From an uncultured Halanaerobiales bacterium (GTDB lineage Bacteria > Bacillota > Halanaerobiia > Halanaerobiales > M55B127), in the NCBI GenBank assembly GCA_913055675.1, contig CAJXKY010000009.1, forward strand, positions 47-64,046: DNA of 64,000 nt, in the 5' to 3' direction. This document shows positions 59,229 to 64,000 of this stretch, one piece after another. The translations under genes were made by a program, and so were the position numbers. Within the stretch, counting starts at the first letter, position 1. Each line of letters opens with the position of its first letter. Under the pieces are notes generated by a model. The model was not told the DNA's origin. It made no database searches and was given only the letters and a program-made list of their open reading frames with translations.

Positions 59229-61208
59229 CTATTCCTCCTTTAAATTTTCAAAAATTATATTTATTTCATTATCATTTTGATTAAAAGCTTGGAGCTTACT
59301 AATTTGTAAATTAAGTGGATTATCATTCTTTTTACTAAACTGGATAGTACCTATTACACCACTACTTTCAGAATCAGGAAGAGTTTCATTAAAATTAATT
59401 TTGCCCTTAGAAGTAATGGGGTCTTCCCATAAGATTATTTTATTATTTTGTACAAACATGTCACCTGGGAATATATAATTAATATCATAACCATCCGGAT
59501 TATAATCCAATTCCAAATTAATGTTATTTACTTGGGAAAGATTTTCACCTATTATATTGTAAGTTAGGTAATCTTCACTGAACTCAACTTTTTCTAAATA
59601 AATATATGGTTCTAGTTTTGGAATATCAAGATTCTCCCGTCTGGTTTTACTATAATTATTTAGACCATTTACATTAATGGAATAAGGCAATTCTCCAGTA
59701 ACATTTAAAACTTTTACAGACCAATTTACATTAATACTTTCACCACTTTGAAGATAACCTAAATATTTTTTATTGACCTCTTTTTCAGAAAAGGTTAATC
59801 CAGGTGGTAATGCTAATTCTGTTTTTGCATCAAATAAGGTAGAACCACCAATATTAGTAAATTTTACTTGAAGGTCAAATGGATTTGGTAATATTTTACC
59901 TTTTTCTTTTCTTAAATCTTCATCTAACATAATTTCAGTTTCAATCATTGGCGGACCAACGAAAGTAATATTTCTTTGTACTTCATTAGAATCCGTATTA
60001 TCAGCGGTGACTCGAACTGTATAGGTCATATTACCCGGTATTTCTTCTCCGGAAACTCCCACTTCCCAATTGACTTGGGCAGTATCTTTAGATTCTAAAT
60101 CGCCAATTTCTTTGATAATTTTATTACGGGTCTTGAATTGTTCAGGTAGTTCAATTTCTACTTTAACATTTTCTGCATTGATTTCTGATGTATTTTCAAT
60201 ATAAGCTACTACAGGAAAATATTGATTATTTTCATCAAATGTGAATTCGGCAGGTGAAGTGACACCTAAGGCTAATAATCCTGGTACACTCTTTATTCCA
60301 CCTAAACCGTAATTTGTAACATAAGTTACTTCTTCATTCGGTTTAAGAATTTTTGGTTCCCACATCATAGCTATTGCACTATCAATTTCATATTCACCTT
60401 TTCGAACAAATTCTTCACCAGGATTGAAATCAAAGTTCCAAACCCTATCAGCCAAACTTCCCCAATCAGAAAAGTATACTTTATCGGGGGCAGTGACTCC
60501 AGGACCTTTAAAAGTTCCCTGAGATGTTACAGTAGGATTACTTATACTATCAAAGGCTTGCCAGAAGATGGGAAGTTCATCTTGTAAGTAAAGGTTATCT
60601 GTTGTAACTGCATTTTCTGCAAGTCTAAACGGAGCCCCATCATTTTGGCCTAGCATCGTATCAAGCATAATTCTTAAGCCAACTTCTTTTTCCTGATTAC
60701 TAGTATTAACTAGCCGATATTTGATTTGAGCTGTATCAGATAATCCTGTTGTACTGCTTTTTACTATAGAAAGTATTTGTTCTACTTTTATATCATCTAT
60801 TAGTGAACTGGTATAAATTTGATCATTTCTAACAACAGGTTCTTCAGTTACTTCGCCGTAATTAGCACCTTCACCAGCTCTTCTTCTGGTTGATCCTCCA
60901 AAAACATGATTTACATTATTTACCTTAATGGTTGTATAAGAAGTCCATGGTTTAGGTCTTCCATAAACTAGAGGTTTGTTTTCATCTCCGGTCTCCATGG
61001 GTGCGCCTCCGGTTGTTTCTATTGCAAAACGACCTTTTGCATTATCATCTTGATTTATTACAATTACTATATAATCATTACCCAATCTAAGATTACCATT
61101 ATTATCTACTTCATTAAAAACATCAGCTTGAGCAGACGTAATAAGAGAAGTAAACAATAATGAAATGAGTAAAAATGTAGTTAATATTAATCTTTGTCTT
61201 TTCTTCAA
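59229..61208 (-). CDS. Secreted multi-domain beta-sandwich protein (two Ig/CARDB-like repeats, C-terminal cohesin-like domain)
   Basis: Signal peptide (AQA-D); repeated N...LP...G.L...V.W.V units; cohesin-like LELDYNP...PGD region. Domain calls are by eye. Confidence 0.55.
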   Translation of the reverse strand: MKKRQRLILTTFLLISLLFTSLITSAQADVFNEVDNNGNLRLGNDYIVIVINQDDNAKGRFAIETTGGAPMETGDENKPLVYGRPKPWTSYTTIKVNNVNHVFGGSTRRRAGEGANYGEVTEEPVVRNDQIYTSSLIDDIKVEQILSIVKSSTTGLSDTAQIKYRLVNTSNQEKEVGLRIMLDTMLGQNDGAPFRLAENAVTTDNLYLQDELPIFWQAFDSISNPTVTSQGTFKGPGVTAPDKVYFSDWGSLADRVWNFDFNPGEEFVRKGEYEIDSAIAMMWEPKILKPNEEVTYVTNYGLGGIKSVPGLLALGVTSPAEFTFDENNQYFPVVAYIENTSEINAENVKVEIELPEQFKTRNKIIKEIGDLESKDTAQVNWEVGVSGEEIPGNMTYTVRVTADNTDSNEVQRNITFVGPPMIETEIMLDEDLRKEKGKILPNPFDLQVKFTNIGGSTLFDAKTELALPPGLTFSEKEVNKKYLGYLQSGESINVNWSVKVLNVTGELPYSINVNGLNNYSKTRRENLDIPKLEPYIYLEKVEFSEDYLTYNIIGENLSQVNNINLELDYNPDGYDINYIFPGDMFVQNNKIILWEDPITSKGKINFNETLPDSESSGVIGTIQFSKKNDNPLNLQISKLQAFNQNDNEINIIFENLKEE

Positions 61209-61229
61209 TGATTAAACCTCCCGACTTAA

Positions 61230-62063
61230 TTAGAGAAAGTTTACGCTGCCAATTTCAACATTGACATTGGGATTACCACTATCATCAATATTAAAATCTA
61301 CGGTAACATCTATCTGATATCTTTGCTCATAACTTTTAAATTCCCATCCGTTTTCTATTGTTAACCTTGCATTTCTATCCATACTATCAATATTGCTTGA
61401 ATTAGTTACTATTATATTTTCTAATTCACCATTTTGATTTACTTTAACGCTTAGACCAACTTTTCCACTTTGAGCTTCACTTACCAGATACTTGGGGTAT
61501 ACTGGTTTGGGAGATAAGCCAATTAATTCCCCAGCAGTTGGTGGGGGCGGAGGTGAAGGTTCCGGTTCTGGTTCAGGCTCAGGTTCAGGCTCAGTTTCTT
61601 CTGTTTCCTGCTCTCCCTGGGTTTCTTGTTGTTCGACTTCTATTTCAGTATCGCTTTCTTCACTTGTTATTACTTCCTGTTCTTGATTGGTTTCAGTTTC
61701 TTCCACCTGCTCTTCTGTTTTATTTTCTTGAGCTATTTCTATATTTTGGTCATTAGTTTGTTCTTCTGGTTCCGGTTCTGGTTCAGGCTCAGGTTCAGGT
61801 TCGGGTTCTGGTTTTGGTTCTTCTTGAGGTTCTTCGGGTTCTTCCGGAGCCTCTTGTTCAGGCTCTGGTTCTTGTTGTTCTTGAGTTTCATTTGATTGAG
61901 ATCTATAATCTACATATTGTACATAACCAAAATTATCACCAGAAGCTTCTTCTTCACTAAAACCCTGTAGAAAACCAAAAGGGAAAAAATAAAAAACAAG
62001 AAGGTGGAATATTAATGATATTATTACATACAGGAATAATCTGTTCCTGTCATTATTGATCAT
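61230..62063 (-). CDS. TonB/TolA-like energy transducer
   Basis: N-terminal TM with SxxxH (SLIFH), acidic EP-repeat spacer and TonB_C (PVYP...GKV...SS...DRNA). Confidence 0.88.
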   Translation of the reverse strand: MINNDRNRLFLYVIISLIFHLLVFYFFPFGFLQGFSEEEASGDNFGYVQYVDYRSQSNETQEQQEPEPEQEAPEEPEEPQEEPKPEPEPEPEPEPEPEPEEQTNDQNIEIAQENKTEEQVEETETNQEQEVITSEESDTEIEVEQQETQGEQETEETEPEPEPEPEPEPSPPPPPTAGELIGLSPKPVYPKYLVSEAQSGKVGLSVKVNQNGELENIIVTNSSNIDSMDRNARLTIENGWEFKSYEQRYQIDVTVDFNIDDSGNPNVNVEIGSVNFL

Positions 62064-62074
62064 ACTAACACCAC

Positions 62075-62479
62075 CTAATTTTCTTTCTTTTCTGCTGCTA
62101 AGGCAAGATTATATATTCCAACTTGTCTTACACTATCCATTACTGTGACAACATCACTATATTTAGTTGCACTGTCAGCATTTATAATAACTACTAGATT
62201 ATTATTATTTTGATATTTTTCTTTGGCTAGTTCACTAATTTTTGCAATCGGGAGATTTTCTTCTTGATAGAAAAATTCACCCTCTTTAGTTATATTAACA
62301 ACAAAATTTTCCTGTTTTTGTTCAGTTACAGTAACAGCTTTGGGTAATTGCATTTCCATTCCATATGGATTAGTTCTAAAAGATGTAAACAACATAAAAA
62401 ATACCAATAAGAAAAAGATAACATCAATCATTGGAATGATGTTTATTGATGTTTTCTTTTTATGTGTAGGTTTGAACAT
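62075..62479 (-). CDS. exbD: ExbD/TolR
   Basis: INIIPMIDVIFFLLVFFM (conserved Asp), LP and ADS...Y..V..VMD motifs; ATG 62479. Confidence 0.92.
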   Translation of the reverse strand: MFKPTHKKKTSINIIPMIDVIFFLLVFFMLFTSFRTNPYGMEMQLPKAVTVTEQKQENFVVNITKEGEFFYQEENLPIAKISELAKEKYQNNNNLVVIINADSATKYSDVVTVMDSVRQVGIYNLALAAEKKEN

Positions 62480-63104
62480 CTCTTTCACTCCTGTCTGTAA
62501 TAACATCCATAATATCAATCATGCTGAGGTTCATTTCATGTGATTTTTCCTCAACCTTATTAATATAGTAGGAATAAAAGATTGCTGTAGGGATTGCAAT
62601 AATTAGTCCCATAGCTGTACTTATTAAAGCAGAAGCTATCCCTGAACTAATTTGAGCAGGATTAGCTGCACCTGCAGCTGTACCTAATATATTGAAACTG
62701 CTGATAATTCCCAGTACAGTACCTAATAAACCCAATAAAGGTGAGATCATTGCAATTACATCTAGTACTGGTAAATGTTTTTCCATTTTCTTGATTTCAT
62801 CTTCTCCAACGGCCTGTAAGACTTCTCTAATACGATCCGGGTCTTCTTCATAGTGAGAAAGTGCTGTTGAAAGCAATTTAGCATTTGGACCTTTTTCTCC
62901 TTTAAGTTCATTTAAGGCTCCAATAATATCATCATTTTCAACTTTCAATTCAATTCTTTTTAATAGTCTTAAACTGTTATCTTTTCTTCTAATAAAAAAC
63001 ACAGCTTTTTCTATTATTACAGCTAAACTGAAAATTGAAGTGATAATAAGAGGAATTGCCATTGGTCCTCCAAGTGAAATAAAATTATAAATTTGAGTTA
63101 ACAT
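62460..63104 (-). CDS. exbB: ExbB/TolQ/MotA proton channel
   Basis: PLLGLLGTVLGI and GIASALISTAMGL motifs. Confidence 0.92.
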   Translation of the reverse strand: MLTQIYNFISLGGPMAIPLIITSIFSLAVIIEKAVFFIRRKDNSLRLLKRIELKVENDDIIGALNELKGEKGPNAKLLSTALSHYEEDPDRIREVLQAVGEDEIKKMEKHLPVLDVIAMISPLLGLLGTVLGIISSFNILGTAAGAANPAQISSGIASALISTAMGLIIAIPTAIFYSYYINKVEEKSHEMNLSMIDIMDVITDRSERDVQTYT

Positions 63105-63173
63105 TAATCGACACTCCTTATCCTAAAATAATTTATATTCATAAATATTAATCCTAATTAATCTAATTCTATA

Positions 63174-64000
63174 TTAAGATGATAAATCCTTCTTAAATGA
63201 GTTATCATCTATAAGTATTTTGTGCTTTTTTAACTTTTCAAGATATCTGTAATCTAAGCATATTTTACCAAGTCTTAACCCTTCTTTGTTTTTAGGTCCA
63301 TGGCAGTCGGAACCACCGGTAATTAACAAAGAATTATCTTTTGCTAATTTTTTGTAATTTTCAATTTGCTTTTTTGTATGTTCAAGGTAATATACTTCTA
63401 AACCTTTAATGCCATAATTAATAATTTGATGTACAGTATTATCATCTTCTATTAGTCCCGGGTGGGCTATTACTGGAATTCCATTAGCTTTTTTAATAAT
63501 ATCGATGGCTTCAAAAGGGGTTATCTTATTTCTACTTACATAGGCTGGCTGACCACTCCCAATATATTTATCAAAAACTTTTTCCCAAGACTTAACATAT
63601 CCTTTTTTTGTAAGCAACCTAGCAATATGTCCTCTACCTAAAATATTATTAGCACAAATTTCCTTTATTTCTTCTAATGATATATTAAAATTATAGAGTT
63701 CTTTTAACAAGTCTATCATTTTTTCGATTCTTTCTCTACGTTCTTTTTTAATTTTATCTAATAAATTTAATAGTTCTTTATTTTGATAGTCGATAAAATA
63801 ACCTAGTATATGGACTTTTGTTTTGTCTAATAAAGTATTAAATTCAACTCCCGGAATAACTTCTAAATTATTTTTTCGGCCTGCTTTTAAACTTTTTTTT
63901 ATTCCGGCAATAGTGTCATGATCAGTTACAGCAATAGCTGAATATCCTAGTTCTTTAGCTTTTTTAACTAAATCTTCTGGGGTATATGATCCATCAGAAT
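63174..64000 (-). CDS. PHP-domain phosphoesterase (TrpH/YciV-like), 5' end beyond window
   Basis: Frame is open to the window edge: SDGSYTP, AVTDHD, PGVEL, HILGY, AHP and GGSDCHG. Confidence 0.9.
   Translation of the reverse strand, partial: SDGSYTPEDLVKKAKELGYSAIAVTDHDTIAGIKKSLKAGRKNNLEVIPGVEFNTLLDKTKVHILGYFIDYQNKELLNLLDKIKKERRERIEKMIDLLKELYNFNISLEEIKEICANNILGRGHIARLLTKKGYVKSWEKVFDKYIGSGQPAYVSRNKITPFEAIDIIKKANGIPVIAHPGLIEDDNTVHQIINYGIKGLEVYYLEHTKKQIENYKKLAKDNSLLITGGSDCHGPKNKEGLRLGKICLDYRYLEKLKKHKILIDDNSFKKDLSS

Noticed and set aside
61555-61870. Short tandem repeats (GGTTCAGGCTCA-type) resembling an array, and + strand ORFs over them
   Set aside because: They encode the Glu-Pro spacer of the TonB-like protein; there are no unique spacers or cas genes, so it is not CRISPR.

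Overview
AT-rich chromosomal window from a low-GC anaerobic Firmicute. Acidic proteins, a TonB/ExbBD set and an OmpM-type SLH protein point to the diderm halophilic Halanaerobiales, which is inference. The content is mostly core genome: 4 tRNAs, lexA/yneA, miaB, mutS-mutL-miaA-hfq-dapF-dapL, hflX, hslO, two Trk/Ktr K+ systems, a P-type ATPase, a ClC protein, alkaline phosphatase and a second type II topoisomerase pair. Gene polarity flips at about 22.2 kb (nearly all + before, nearly all - after), the signature of the replication terminus. A perfect 11-6-11 palindrome (candidate symmetric dif site) lies at 23134-23161, and a lone Xer-family recombinase lies about 15 kb away. Other highlights: (1) a tightly coupled exbB-exbD-tonB operon with no receptor that continues into a secreted cohesin-like protein, an Omp-alpha-like SLH/coiled-coil tether and a cell-wall hydrolase (candidate Tol-Pal-like envelope machine); (2) head-to-head parE/parC-like genes; (3) a ClC with both key glutamates replaced by valine; (4) several genes, including hflX, that appear to start at ATT/ATA; (5) a candidate sRNA and a candidate leader RNA; (6) two pseudogenes. 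No CRISPR array, rRNA, transposase or prophage was seen.
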